From Chiloscyllium plagiosum (lineage: Eukaryota): DNA of 43,743 nt. Within the stretch, counting starts at the first letter, position 1. Every line of letters starts with the position of its first letter. The translations under genes were made by a program, and so were the position numbers. The DNA lies in assembly GCF_004010195.1 (NCBI RefSeq), contig NC_057719.1, positions 1 through 43,743 of the forward strand, given 5' to 3'. Under the pieces are notes generated by a model. That model was not told where the DNA came from and did not search any database. It was given only the letters and a program-made list of their open reading frames with translations. Below are positions 1-11,782 of the stretch, piece after piece.

Positions 1-247
1 CAAGTCCACACCGACCCGCAACTTACCCATACTGCTACGTTTACCCCTTTACCTGACACTACGGGCAATTTAGCATGACCTGCACATCTTTGGATTGTGG
101 GAAGAAACCGGAGCACCCGGAGGAAACCCACGCAGACACGGGGAGAATGTGCAAACTCCACACAGACAGTCGCCTGAGTTGGGAATTGAACCTGGGTCTC
201 TGGCGCTGTGAGGCAGCAGTGCTAACCACTGTGCCACCGTGCCGCCC
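1..247 (-). mobile_element. HE1-type tRNA-derived SINE (cut by window edge)
   Basis: Minus strand begins GGGCGGCACGGTGGCACAGTGGTTAGCACTGCTGCCTCACAGCGCC, has a B-box-like GGTTCAATTCCC, then the V-SINE-like core TGTGGAGTTTGCACATTCTCCCCGTG. Near-identical to 35292-35607. Confidence 0.9.
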
Positions 248-342
248 ACTAAGATTTATCATCCTCTAAGATGTTGGCACATGATGATTCCAAGTGAAAG
301 TTGGTATTGATATGCGTTGCCTCCCTGTACGGCATTAGAGTA

Positions 343-1263
343 CAGGAACAACCTTGGTTATCCGAACATCAATTATCCAAATTTCGGATTATCTGAACAA
401 GATCTCAAGGTCCCATCAAAATTTTATTAAATTTAAATAAAAGCACAGTGAGAATGGGCAGCCTGGGCTGGCAGTGGGAGCAGGAACAGGCTCGCCTCGG
501 AACCCTGTTCCTGCTATTGCTGTCACGACAGGAACCCTGTTTGGGCACATTGTTTGCTCACTGACCAGACTGACTCTGGCACCACTAGCTGGCCTGGAGG
601 TCACCCAGGCAGTGTGAAGTCCTGGATTTGTTCCCTTGTTAAAGTGGAACTCCTCCCACTGTGGGAACTCGCTCAAACCGGGTCACAACTCAGCCTGCAC
701 CCTGTCGTATGATCGAGTACCAGCTGCAACCCTCCTGACCTCAAGGGGCTAGCTTCCCACCACTTGAAACTCCCCAACACTGACCCATCATAGACATAAA
801 GCAGTGGGATCGTGAGAGGACGTCTGCGAGGTGTTGGGGTGACAGGGGCCAGACTGGCCTAAGCAATGACCGCCCGGCCCGCACACAGCTGTGGTGGATT
901 GGAGACCTCAGGAACAGTTAGCCCCTCCAGCCCTTCCTCACAACGCAGCTTGCCCACAAGCCACCAACCACCAATCAATGCCAGGCACCCTGACCGAGAG
1001 CCCGATCCCTTGTTAACCCTCCGGATAGTTTCTTCGGACACTTCCTGTACTAAGCCCAAGAATCGACGGGCAGTAACACACGAGTCTTTAAACCACTTCC
1101 AACAGCCCGCAAATGCACAGAGACCCTGGTGGGAATGTGCAAGTGACATGCTGAAGGGAGTAGGTACCCTGTAGCCGGGGGAGGTGGTGGCGGAGAGAGC
1201 ATAATCAGTTATCCGAACAAAATACTCCCCACCCGTCTCGTTCGGATAATCGAGGCTGTTCTG
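343..1263. mobile_element. pogo/Tigger-type (Tc1/mariner superfamily) non-autonomous DNA element (MITE), TA target duplication
   Basis: Left end TA|CAGGAACAACCTTGGTTATCCGAAC; right end GTTCGGATAATCGAGGCTGTTCTG|TA (imperfect TIRs). Removing the element and one TA restores the Gypsy frame GIRV-LAH. Confidence 0.85.
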
Positions 1264-1732
1264 TATTAGCTCATAAGGTGGCCTACGGCAAGGAACACCC
1301 AACAGCATATGCATCCAGGACTTTGGCTATGGCAGAGCATAAATACACCCAAACAGAGAAGAAAGGTTTGGCAATCATTTTTGGAATCCGGAACATCCAC
1401 CAAAACTAAGTTTGTAATAGTAACGACCACAAACCCCTGCTGGGATGACTAATAAGGACAAGGCAGTATCACTCGTAGCTTCAGGCCACATTTGGCAGTG
1501 GTTCTTATAAGTGCATATAATTGCAAGTTGGAACACGATCCAGGAGGCTAAGTAACAAATGTGAATGCATTGAGCTACTTCCCGCAGGCAGGTATACCAC
1601 TGGTGGTACGGCCACTGCAAGAGTCCGTAATGGTTTTAAATTTTCTGGACGTACTTTCAGCCACAGATAGCCGGCCATCATTCACCAGCAGGGAACTTTT
1701 CCTAAACTTGATTGGTATTTGACATATAAAGA

Positions 1733-1947
1733 GCTGAAAATGTGTTGCTGGAAAAGCGCAGCAGGTCAGGCAGCATCCAGGGAACAGGAGAATCGACGTT
1801 TCGGGCATAAGCCCTTCTTCAGGAACCCTTATGCCCGAAACGTCGATTCTCCTGTTCCCTGGATGCTGCCTGACCTGCTGCGCTTTTCCAGCAACACATT
1901 TTCAGCTCTGATCTCCAGCATCTGCAGACCTCACTTTCTCCTCAAAG
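1733..1947. mobile_element. Penelope-like terminus fold-back insertion (family A) with 16-bp target duplication
   Basis: ATTTGACATATAAAGA at 1717-1732 and 1948-1963. Perfect 82-bp inverted repeat (1730-1811 vs 1828-1909) plus a one-sided 38-nt tail. The sequence matches the 3' end of the PLE at 4812-4906. Confidence 0.88.
1790..1825 (-). ncRNA. Minimal type I hammerhead ribozyme motif (PLE family A), core intact
   Basis: Minus strand uuc-CUGAAGA-a-GGGC-uuau-GCCC-GAAA-cgUC-gau: conserved CUGANGA/GAAA core, 4-bp stem II, palindromic ACGU stem III, GUC site. Confidence 0.7.
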
Positions 1948-2312
1948 ATTTGACATATAAAGACAACTGCATACCATCCATCAGCCAATGGCCTGGCAGC
2001 AAGAGCAGTCCAAACTTTGAAAGCAGGCTTAAAGAAATAGCCTACAGGGGTGGGGGTGGGGAGGGTTGGGGAAGGAGGTGAAACTTTATCAGGAACACCA
2101 ATGCCAGATACAAGACTCTGCTAAGCAAGAGAGACAGTTTACTTCAGGGGATGCAGTTTAGTGTAGGAACCATGGGAATGACTCTGCACGGATATGAGGT
2201 GTGTTGGTCCTGAATAAGCACATGAACCATAACAAAGCCGCAAACCTGCAAACGGTGCAGGAGCAAAATGTGCCGAGCTCCTTGACAGCCTTTCTGACTG
2301 TTCTGGAACCCA

Positions 2313-2314
<2 letters not shown>

Positions 2315-2344
<30 letters not shown>
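2315..2344. repeat. (CT)15 microsatellite
   Basis: Read directly from the sequence. Confidence 0.97.
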
Positions 2345-2346
<2 letters not shown>

Positions 2347-2578
2347 ATCAGGTGTTAAAGATACTTTGAATCTGAGATAGATATGGCAGATGTGGCCATC
2401 TTGAAGAAAATAATAAATTTCTTCCAATACACTCTAAGCTCAAGAGGCAAGCTCCTGTGCATTATACACGGCTCGTATCAGAGACAGAATTAGGGGAACC
2501 TGAGCTAGTGCTAAAACGCCCCAGGAGGGCCAACATAAAACAGAACTGGCCTATGTCCTCAGACTGAGAGGGGAGGGA

Positions 2579-2646
2579 TGTACTGATTGTAACAAGATCA
2601 GCCAGGTGGACCTCATAGAATATGACTTCCAATCAGGCAGCCCTGG
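2579..2646 (+). mobile_element. 5' part of the Gypsy 3' LTR
   Basis: Starts TG immediately after the polypurine tract and is cut off by a CR1 3' tail at ~2649. Confidence 0.6.
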
Positions 2647-3885
2647 ATATAGAACATAGAACAGTACAGCATAGTACAGGCTCTTCAGCCCATGAATTTG
2701 TGCTGCGCATTTGTCTTAATCTAAGATCAACCTAACCTACACACCCCTCAACTTATTGCTGTCCATGTGTTTGTCCAGCAGCCGCTTAAATATCCCTAAT
2801 GTCTCTGACTCTACCACCACTACTGGCACTGCATTCCACATACCCACCACTCTTTGTGTAAAGAACCTACTTCTGGCATCTCCCCTATACCTTCCTCCAA
2901 TCACCTTAAAATTATGACCCTAGAAACAGCCATTTCTCCCCTGGGAAACGTCTCTGGCTGTCTACTCTATCTATGCCTCTCATTACCTTGTACATCTCTA
3001 TCAGGTCACCTCTCTTCCTTCTCTTCAGTGTGAAAAGCCATAGGTCACTCAGCCTCTCTTCATAAGACAAGCCCTCCAATCCAGGCAACATCCCAGTAAA
3101 AAAGCATCTACATCCTTCCGATAATGAGGTGACTAGAAGTGGACACAATATTCCAAGTGTGGTCTAACCAGGGTTTTATAGAGCTGTAGCAAAACCTCGC
3201 AGCTCTTAAGCTAAATCCCCCTGTTAATGAAAGCCAAAACACCAAACGCCTTCTTAATAACCCTATCAACTTGGGTGGTACCTTTGAGGGATTTATGTAT
3301 GTGGATCCCAAGACTCTGCTGTTCCTCCACACTGCCAAGAATCCTATCTTTAACCCGGTCAACCCTGTCATAACCCTTTAACTCTTGTCTAATATCAGTT
3401 TAACCCTGTCAGCAGTCAAATTCGACCTTCCGAAATGAATCACTTTGCATTTATCCAGGTTGAACTCCACCTGCCACTTCTGAGCTCAACTCTGCATCCT
3501 GTCTATGCCTTATTGTAGCCTGCAACAGCCCTTGAAACTATATACAATACAACCCACCTTTGTGTCATCGACAAATTTACTAACCCACCCTTCCACTTTT
3601 TCATCCAAGTCATTTATAAAAACTGCAAAGGGCAGATTCCAGCGGGACACCACTGGTCACCAACCTCCAAGTGGAATACTTTCCATCCACCACCACTCGC
3701 TGTCTTTTTTTGGCCAACTAACCATCGATGACTGTATCGGCGCTGCCTCATGCTCCCACGAGGAGGTTGAACAGTTCATCCACTTTACCAACACCTTCCA
3801 CCCCGACCTCAAATTCACCTGGACCGTCTCAGACTCCTCCCTCCCCTTCCTAGAACTTTCCATTTCTATCTCGGGCGACCGAATC

Positions 3886-4524
3886 NNNNNNNNNNNNNNN
3901 NNNNNNNNNNNNNNNNNNNNNNNNNNNNNNNNNNNNNNNNNNNNNNNNNNNNNNNNNNNNNNNNNNNNNNNNNNNNNNNNNNNNNNNNNNNNNNNNNNNN
4001 NNNNNNNNNNNNNNNNNNNNNNNNNNNNNNNNNNNNNNNNNNNNNNNNNNNNNNNNNNNNNNNNNNNNNNNNNNNNNNNNNNNNNNNNNNNNNNNNNNNN
4101 NNNNNNNNNNNNNNNNNNNNNNNNNNNNNNNNNNNNNNNNNNNNNNNNNNNNNNNNNNNNNNNNNNNNNNNNNNNNNNNNNNNNNNNNNNNNNNNNNNNN
4201 NNNNNNNNNNNNNNNNNNNNNNNNNNNNNNNNNNNNNNNNNNNNNNNNNNNNNNNNNNNNNNNNNNNNNNNNNNNNNNNNNNNNNNNNNNNNNNNNNNNN
4301 NNNNNNNNNNNNNNNNNNNNNNNNNNNNNNNNNNNNNNNNNNNNNNNNNNNNNNNNNNNNNNNNNNNNNNNNNNNNNNNNNNNNNNNNNNNNNNNNNNNN
4401 NNNNNNNNNNNNNNNNNNNNNNNNNNNNNNNNNNNNNNNNNNNNNNNNNNNNNNNNNNNNNNNNNNNNNNNNNNNNNNNNNNNNNNNNNNNNNNNNNNNN
4501 NNNNNNNNNNNNNNNNNNNNNNNN
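3886..4524. other. Assembly gap (N run); further gaps at 19448-19505 and 29483-29576
   Basis: Runs of n, each lying inside a repeat copy. Confidence 0.99.
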
Positions 4525-4811
4525 TGGAGGAAGAGCGCCTCATCTTCCGCCTAGGAACCCTCCAACCACAAGGGATGAACTCAGATTACTCGAGTTTCCT
4601 CATTTCCCCTCCCCACCTTGTCTCAGTCAAATCCCTCGAACTCAGCACCGCCTTCCTAACCTGCAATCTTCTTCCTAACCTCTCCGCGCCCACCCCACTC
4701 CAGCCTATCACCCTCACCTTGACCTCCTTCCACCTATCACATTTCCAACGCCCCTCCCCCAAGTCACTCCTCCTTACCTTTTATCTTAGCCTGCTGGACA
4801 AACTTTCCTCA

Positions 4812-4846
4812 TTCCTGAAGAAGGGCTCATGCCCGAAACGTCGATT
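4812..4846 (+). ncRNA. Minimal type I hammerhead ribozyme motif (PLE family A), core intact
   Basis: ttc-CTGAAGA-a-GGGC-tcat-GCCC-GAAA-cgTC-gat in the PLE 3' terminus. Confidence 0.7.
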
Positions 4847-6425
4847 CTCCTGTACCTTGGATGCTGCCTGTCCTGCTGCGCTTTTCCAGCAACACATTTT
4901 CAGCTTTAACCCTGTATCCACACAGCCAAATTTCCCTGTATTCCATACCTCCTAACTTTCTGAATGAGCCTACTGTGGAGAACCTTATCAATGCCTTACT
5001 GAAATCCATATACAGCACATCCACTGCTCGACCTTTGTCAACTTGTCTCGTCACATTCTCAAATATCTCAATAAAGTTTGTGAAATACGATCTGTCCCTC
5101 ACAAAGCCATGCTGACTATCCTTAATCAAACTATGCTTTTCCAAATAGTCATAAATCCTATCTCTCAGAATCCTTTCCAGTATCTTGCTTACCACAGACA
5201 TAAGACTGGCTGATCTGTAAATTCCCAGAGTTTGCCCGATTCCCTTTCTTGAACAGAAGAACAACATTCGCCTCCCTTCAATCATCCAGTACTACTCCCC
5301 TGGAGAGTGACGATGCAAAGATCATCACCAGAAGCGCAGCAATCTCATCCCTCACTTGACATAGTAACCTTGGATATATCTGATCTGGCCCTGGGGAATT
5401 ATCTATCTTGATGCTTCCCAGAATTTCCTTCTATCCACTTTCTTAACATCAATCTGTTCACCCGGTGCACAGTATTCTCACTATCAACAAGGTCCCTCTC
5501 TCTCTAGTGAATACTGAAACAAAAATCTCAATTAAGGCCTCCCCTACCTCTTCAGACTCCAAACACAAGTTCCCTCCGCTATCCCTGATCTACCCTCTCT
5601 CTGATAATTCTTAATCTTCACGCCTTTCGGTTTTCCGTAATCCTTCCCAGCGAAGCATTTTGTGCCCCCTCCTAGATCTCCTCAGTCCATTTTTGAATTC
5701 TTTCCTAGTTACCCTGTAATCATCTAAAGCCATGCAAAATCTTTGCTTCCTCAATGTTAAATAAGCTTCTTTCTTCCTCTTGACGAAGAGCTCCTCTGTT
5801 CTCGTCATCCAAAGCTCCTTCACCTGACCATTCCTTGCCTGTTTCAGTGGGACAAAGTTATCCAACACTCATAACAAGTGCTCCTCAAATAGCCTTCACA
5901 TTTCTGTTGTGCATTTCCCATAGAACAACTGTTCCCAATTTATACTCCACAGCTCCTGTCTAATAGCAGTTTAATTTCCCCTCCTCCAAATAAATACCTG
6001 CCCATACTGTCTGTTCCTATCCCTCTCCATGGCTATGGTAATGGTGAGGCAGTTGTGATCACTGTCACGAAATGCTCTCCCACTGTGAGACTGACACCTG
6101 TCCTGGCTCGTTGCCTTGCACCAAATCCAATATGGCCTCCCCCCAGTTGGCCTATCTACATATTGAGTAAGGAATCCTTCCTGAACACACCTGACAAAAT
6201 CGGCTCCATCCAGACCACCTGCACTAAGGAGGTTCCAATCAATATTGGAGAAGTTGAAGTCACCCACAACAACAACTCTGTTACATCTGCACCTTTTCAA
6301 GATCTGCTGTCCAATTTGTTCTTCCATCTCTCTGCTGCTATTGGGGGCTCTATAGAAAACACCCAATAAAGTGACTGTTCCTTTCCTGTTACTGACTTCG
6401 ACCCATAGTGACTTAGTAGACAAAC

Positions 6426-9400
6426 AAATATACCATTTTGGATACTATCTGGGGGACAACTCACCAGGGGTAAGCCATGGGGTACAGGTCTCTGGCACAG
6501 AGTCTGTCCCTGTTGCTCAGAAGGGAAGGGAGGAGAGCATTCGTCATTGGGGATTCCATAGTTAGTGAGACAGATAGGAGGTTCTTTGAGAACAAGAGGG
6601 ACTCACAGTTGGTGCGTTGCCACCCAGGTGCCAGGGTTCATGATGTCTCGGATCGTGTTTTCGAGATCCTTGAGGGGGAGGGGGAGCAGACCCAAGTCAT
6701 GGTCCACTAACGACATAGGTGGGAAAAGGGATCGGGATTTAAGGCAGAAATTCAGGGAGTAGAGTGGAAGCTTAGAGCTAGAACAAACAGAGTTGTTATC
6801 TCTGGATTGTTGCCTGTGCTATGTGCTAGCGAGGCGAGGAATAGGGAGAGAGAGGAGTTGAACATGTGGATACAGGAATGGTGCGGGAGGGACAGTTTCG
6901 GATTCCTGGATAATTGGGGCTCATTCTGGGGTGGGTGGGACCTCTACAAACAGGTTGGCCTTCGCCTGAACCAGAGGGGTACCAATATCCTGGGAGGAAA
7001 TTTGCTATTGCTATTTGGGAGGGTTTAAACTAATTCAGCAGGGGGATGGGAACCTGAAGTGTAGTTCCAGTGTCCAGGAGGTTGAGAGTATTAAGGTTGG
7101 AATTGAGGTTTCAAGGTTGTAAGAGTACACTCGCAAGCAGGAAGGTGGTTTGAAGTGTGTCTACTTCAACGCCAGGAGCATCTGGAATAAGGTAGGTAAA
7201 CTTGCAGCAAGGGTTGGTACCTGGGACTTCGCTATTGTGGCCATTTCGGAGACATGGACAGAGCAGGGACAGGAATGGTTGTTGCAGGTTCTGGGATTTA
7301 GATGTTTCAGTAAGAACAGAGAAGGTGGTAAAAGAGGGGGAGGTGTGGCACTGTTAGTCAAGACAGTATTACGGTGCAGAAAGAACGTTTGAGGACTTGT
7401 CTACTGAGGTATATGGGCTGAGATTAGAAACAAGAAAGGAGAGGTCACTCTGTTGGGAGTTTTCTGTAAGCCTCTGAATAGTTCCACAGATACTGAGGAA
7501 AGAATAGCAAAGATAATTTTGGATGGGTGCGAGAGTAACAGGGTAATTATTATGGGGGACTTTAACTTTCCAAATATTGATTGGAAATACTATAGTTTGA
7601 ATACTTTAAATGGGTCAGATTTTGTCCAAAGTATGCAGGACGTAGACAAGCCAACAAGGGGAGAGGCCACATTAGATTTGGTAATGGGTAATGAACCCGG
7701 CTAGGTGTTAAGTTTGGAGGTAGGTGAGCACTTTGGTGATAGTGACCACAATTCAGTTATATTTACTTTAGCGACGGAAAGGGATAGGTATGTATAACAG
7801 GGCAAGAGTTATAGCTGGGGTAAAGGCAATTATGATGTGATTAGGCAAGATTTAGGATGCCTAGGATGGGAAAGGAAACTGCAGGGGATGAGCACACTTG
7901 AAATGTGGAGTTATTCATGGAACAGCTACTGTGGTTCCTTGATAAGAATGTACTGATCAGGCAAGGAGGAAGTTGTCGAGCAAGGGAGCCGTGGTTTACA
8001 AAAGACATTAAATCTCTTGTCAGGAGGAAGAAGAAGTATATGTTAGGATGAGACGTGAAGGCTCAGTTAGGACGCTCAAGAGTTGCAAGTTAGCCAGGAA
8101 AGACCTAAAGAGAGAGCTAAGAAGAGCCAGGAGGGGACATGAGAAGTTATTGGCAGATAGGATCAAGGAAACCCTAAAGGTTTCTATAAGTACATCAGGA
8201 ATAAAAGAATGACTAGAGGAAGATTAGGACCAATCAAGGATAGCAGTGGGAAGTCTTGTGTGGAGTCCAAGGAAATAGGGGAAGAGCTCAATGAATATTT
8301 TACGTCAGTAGTCACACTGGAAAAAGACAATGTTGTCGAGGAGAATACTGAGATACAGACCATTAGATTAGATGGGATTGAGGTTCACAAGGAGGAGGTG
8401 TTAGCAATTCTGGAAAGTGTGAAAATAGATGGGACTTATCCTAGGATTCTCTGAGAAGCCAGGGAGGAGATTGCAGAGCCTTTAGCTTTGATCTTTATGT
8501 TGTCATTGTCTACAGGAATAGTGCCTGAAGACAGGAGGATAGCAAATGTTGTTTCCTTGTTCAAGAAGGGGAGTAGAGACAACCTTGGAAATTATAGACC
8601 AGTGAGCCTTACTTCGGTTGTGGGTAAAGAGTTGGAAAAGGTGATAAGAGATAGGATTTATAATCATCTAGAGAGGAATAAGTTGATTAGGGATACTCTG
8701 CAAGGTATTGTGAAGGGTAGATTGTGCCTCACAAACCTCATTGAGTCCTTTGAGAAGGTGACCATACAGGTGGGTGAGGGTAAAGCGGTTGATGTGGTGT
8801 TTATGGATTCAGTAAGGGGTTTGATAAGGTGCCCAATAGGCTATTGCACAAAATATGGAAGCATGGGATTGAGGGTGATTTCGTGGTTTGGATCAGACAT
8901 TAGCTAGCTGAAAAAAGAGAGAGGGTGGTGCATGATGTGAAATGCTCATCCTGGAGTTCAGTTACTAGAGTTGAGAGGGTGTTGCTGGAAAAGCACAGCA
9001 GGTCAGGCAGCATTCAAGGAGCAGGAAATTCGCCACTTCGGGCCAGAGCCCTTCATCAGGAACAAGGCTGGGAGCCTCAGGAGTGGACAGATAAATGGGA
9101 GGTTGGAAAGGAGGGTGGAGCGGATAGGTGAGAAGGAAGATTGACAGGTGGGACAGGTCATTAGAGCGGTGCTGAATGGAAGGTTGGAACTAGAGTAAGG
9201 TGGGGGGAGGGGAAATGAGGAAACTGGTGAAATCCACATTGATTCCACTGGGTTGGAGGGTCCTGAGGCGTTCTTCCTCCAGGTATCAGGTGGTGAGGGA
9301 GTAGCGATGGAGGAGGCCCAGGACCTGCATGTCCTCGGCAGAGTGGGAGGGGGAATATACTCTCAACTCTGCTCTCCAGCATCTGCAGACCTCACTGCCT

Positions 9401-10377
9401 CCTAGTCTTTCAGTTACTAGTAGTGTACTGCAAAGATCTGGTTTGGGGCTACTGCTGTTTGTCAATTTAATAAATGACCTAGAGGAGGGCATAGAAGGAT
9501 GGGTTGGTAAATTTGCAGATGACACTAAGGTCAGTAGAGTTGTGGATGGTGCTGAAGGATGTTGCAGGTTACAGAGGGACATAGCTAAGCTGCAGAGCTG
9601 GGCTGAGAGGTGGCAATTGGAGTTTAATGTGGAAAAGTGTGAGGTGATTCACTTTGGAAGGAGCAAGAGGAATAAAGAGTACTGGGCTAATGGTAAGATT
9701 CTTGGTAGTGTAGATGAGCAAAGATCTTGTGTCCATGTACATAGATCACTGAAAGTTGCTACCCAGGTTGAAAGTGTTAAGAGGCATACGGTGTATCAGC
9801 TTTTATTGGTAGAGGAATTGAGTTTTGGAACCATGAGGTCATGCTGCAACTGTACAAAACTCTGGTGCAGCCGCACTTGGAGTATTGTGTACGGTTCTGG
9901 TTACCACATTATAGGAAGGATGTGGGAGCTTTGGAAAGGGTGCAGTGGAGATTTACTAGGGTGTTGCCTGGTATGGAGGGAAGGCTGAGGGACTTGAGGC
10001 TGTTTTTGTTAGAGAGAAGGAGGTTGAGAGGTGACTTAATAGAGACAAATAAGATAATCAGAGGGTTAGATAGGGTGGACAGTGAACCTTTTTCCTTGGA
10101 TGGTGATGGCTAGCACAAGGGGACATAACTTTAAATTGAGGGGGTGATAGATATAGGATGGATGTCAGAGGTAGTTTCTTTACTCAGAGAGTAGTAAGGG
10201 CATGGAACACCCTGCCTGCAACAGTAGTAGACTTGCCAACTTTAAGGTCATTTAAATGGTCATTGGATAAACATATGGATGATAATGGAATAGTGTAGGT
10301 TAGATAAGCTTCAGATTGGTTCCAAGGGTCAGCATATCATCGAGGTCCGAAGGGCCTGGACTGCGCTGTAATGTTCT
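6426..10377 (+). mobile_element. CR1 LINE (ORF1 3' part, full ORF2, 3' UTR), decayed, inserted in the minus-strand CR1
   Basis: ORF1 AFVIGDSIV...EGEGEQ...VH and GLRLNQRG (SGNH-esterase-like). ORF2 KCVYFNARSI, MGDFNFP, NYRPVSLTSVVGK, KFADDTK, HLEYCVRFW. Tail GTAATGTTCT. AAAC on both sides (6422-6425, 10378-10381). Many stops and frameshifts. Confidence 0.92.
8969..9408 (-). mobile_element. PLE family-A-related 3' fragment with inverted tail, 12-bp target duplication
   Basis: TTCAGTTACTAG at 8957-8968 and 9409-9420. Short inverted repeat AGAGTTGAGAG/CTCTCAACTCT. Degenerate hammerhead at ~9030-9062 (GAAG instead of GAAA). Confidence 0.85.
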
Positions 10378-11251
10378 AAACCCTCCTCAACAACCTCCTT
10401 TTCTGCAGCTGAGATACACTCTCTAATTAACAATGCTAGCCCCCCATCTCTTTTACTCCCTCCCTGTTTTTTTTAAAATGTCTAAACAGTGGCACATCCA
10501 ACAACCATTCCTGCCCCTATGAAATCCATGTCTCCATTATGGCCACAACATCGTAGTTCCAAATACTGATCCTTACTCTAAGTTCATCACTGTTACTTTT
10601 GACACTCCTTGTATTGAAACAGACACACTTTAACCGTGTATCCTTCCTGCCAGACTCTCTGCATTCTATTTCTGCCTGTTGACAACTGTCCTCTCCTCAG
10701 ATCTGTAGCTCAGGTTCCCATCCCCCTACCAAACTAGTCTGAACCCTCCCAAAGTGCTCGAGCAAATCTCCTGCCCAGGACATTGGTGCCCCTCAGTTTA
10801 AGTGTAACATGTTCTTCATGTACAGACCCCACCTTCTCTAGAAGGTACCTCAATGACCTACATATCAGAAGCCCTCCCTCCTACACCAGCCCTGTAGCCA
10901 CATGCTTAGCTGCACTCACTCCCTGTTCCTTGCCTCACGAGCACATGGCACTAGAAGTAATCCTGAGATTAGTACTCCACTTGTCCTGCTTTTTTCGCTC
11001 CCATCCTAACTCCATGTAATCATTTTGTAGATCCTCATCCACTTTCCTAGCTATGTCACTGGTTCCAATGTGCACCATGACGTTTGGTTGCTCACCCTCC
11101 CCCTTCAGAATCTGGTAGACTTGATCAGAAACTTCAAAGACAACCTCGTTGAAGTGGGGACGGTTAGGGAGAGAACCGGGGGGGTGCCAGGAGAGTAAAT
11201 TCATCCTTTAAAAACTTATCTCCTGGGATCAGCGGCCTCCATTTTGCAGCA

Positions 11252-11381
11252 GCAGGTGTGTCAGACATTCTGTTCACTTTGAGAGCTGGATCTGAGGGAG
11301 CTGGATCAATTTCAAGGACTCTCCACATGTAAATAAAGGGTGATTTGATTATGGGATACTGGTGTCTGTGGAATTATCTCA
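11252..11381 (+). mobile_element. Probable 3' part of the Gypsy LTR
   Basis: Begins where the CR1 5' end stops, contains AATAAA (11332-11337) and ends in ...TCTCA. Linking it to 2579-2646 is an inference from position and recalled repeat sequence. Confidence 0.55.
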
Positions 11382-11721
11382 CCAGGCCTCTATTACCTTT
11401 CTATTACCTGCCACCTATTTTCTAAGGATCTGTATCCCTTTGCTCCCTGCCCATTCATGTATCTGTCCAGATACATCTTAAATGACGCTATCATTCCTAC
11501 CCCTACCCACTGACAAAGCATTCCAGGCCCCAACCACCCTCTGCGTAAAGAACTTTCCATGCATATCGCCCCTAAACGTTTCCCCTCTCACTTTGAACTC
11601 GTGACCCCTAGTAATTGAGTCCCCCACTCTGGGAAAAAGCTTCTTGCTATCCCCCCTGTCTCTTCCTCTCAAAGTTAAAAATCAACAACTCTAGGTTTAT
11701 AGTCCAACACGTTTATGTGGA

Positions 11722-11760
11722 AGCACTAGCTTTCGGAGCACTGTTCCTTCATCAGGTGGC
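11722..11760 (-). ncRNA. Minimal hammerhead ribozyme motif (PLE family B), core intact
   Basis: Minus strand cac-CUGAUGA-a-GGAAC-agu-GCUCC-GAAA-gcUA-gug: stem I cac/gug, palindromic AGCU stem III, one mismatch in stem II. Confidence 0.65.
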
Positions 11761-11782
11761 TGTGGAGCATAAGATCATAAGA

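Larger units (their letters stand above)
250..2578 (+). mobile_element. Decayed, internally deleted Ty3/Gypsy LTR-retrotransposon pol remnant (RNase H + integrase), interrupted by a MITE and a PLE hairpin
   Basis: LSSSKMLAHDDSK*KLVLICVASLYGIRV|LAHK...EHPTAYASRTLAMAEHKYTQTEKKGLAIIFGI...DHKPLLG is RNase H-like. DSRPSFTSRE...GI*HIKTTAYHPSANGLA is integrase-like. A purine tract GAGAGGGGAGGGA (2566-2578) directly precedes TG. Confidence 0.85.
3724..4906 (+). mobile_element. 5'-truncated Penelope-like element (family A) spanning an N gap
   Basis: RT IDDCIGAASCSHEEVEQFIHFTNTFHPDLKFT...LPFLEL before the gap. After it come a GIY-YIG C-terminal EEERLIFRLGTLQPQGMN and a hammerhead-bearing 3' end. TAACC is repeated at 3719-3723 and 4907-4911. 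Confidence 0.85.
2648..11250 (-). mobile_element. Near full-length decayed CR1 LINE in three pieces (2648-3723, 4907-6425, 10378-11250), split by younger insertions
   Basis: 3' tail (GTTCTAT)n at 2649. RT and 3' motifs YRSASLMSVVSKILE, SQHGF, YMDFSKA. Endonuclease GVFYRAPN, VGDFNF, SDHN. ORF1 esterase-like ILKGEGEQPNVMVHIGTSDI at ~11000-11120. The pieces rejoin in frame (EEG|LSTKSLW). Confidence 0.88.

Noticed and set aside
859..1314. 151-aa ORF as MITE transposase
   Set aside because: No HTH or DDE motifs, and it crosses the element boundary.
1730..1909. miRNA precursor or classical DNA-transposon TIRs
   Set aside because: The arms match a PLE terminus. The long target duplication and one-sided tail fit PLE insertion better.
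3505..4554. 349-aa and 225-aa ORFs
   Set aside because: Mostly translated N gap joined to CR1 antisense and PLE fragments.
6426..10377. Functional or domesticated CR1 ORFs
   Set aside because: Numerous stops and frameshifts; all LINE, PLE and Gypsy ORFs in the track are decayed fragments.
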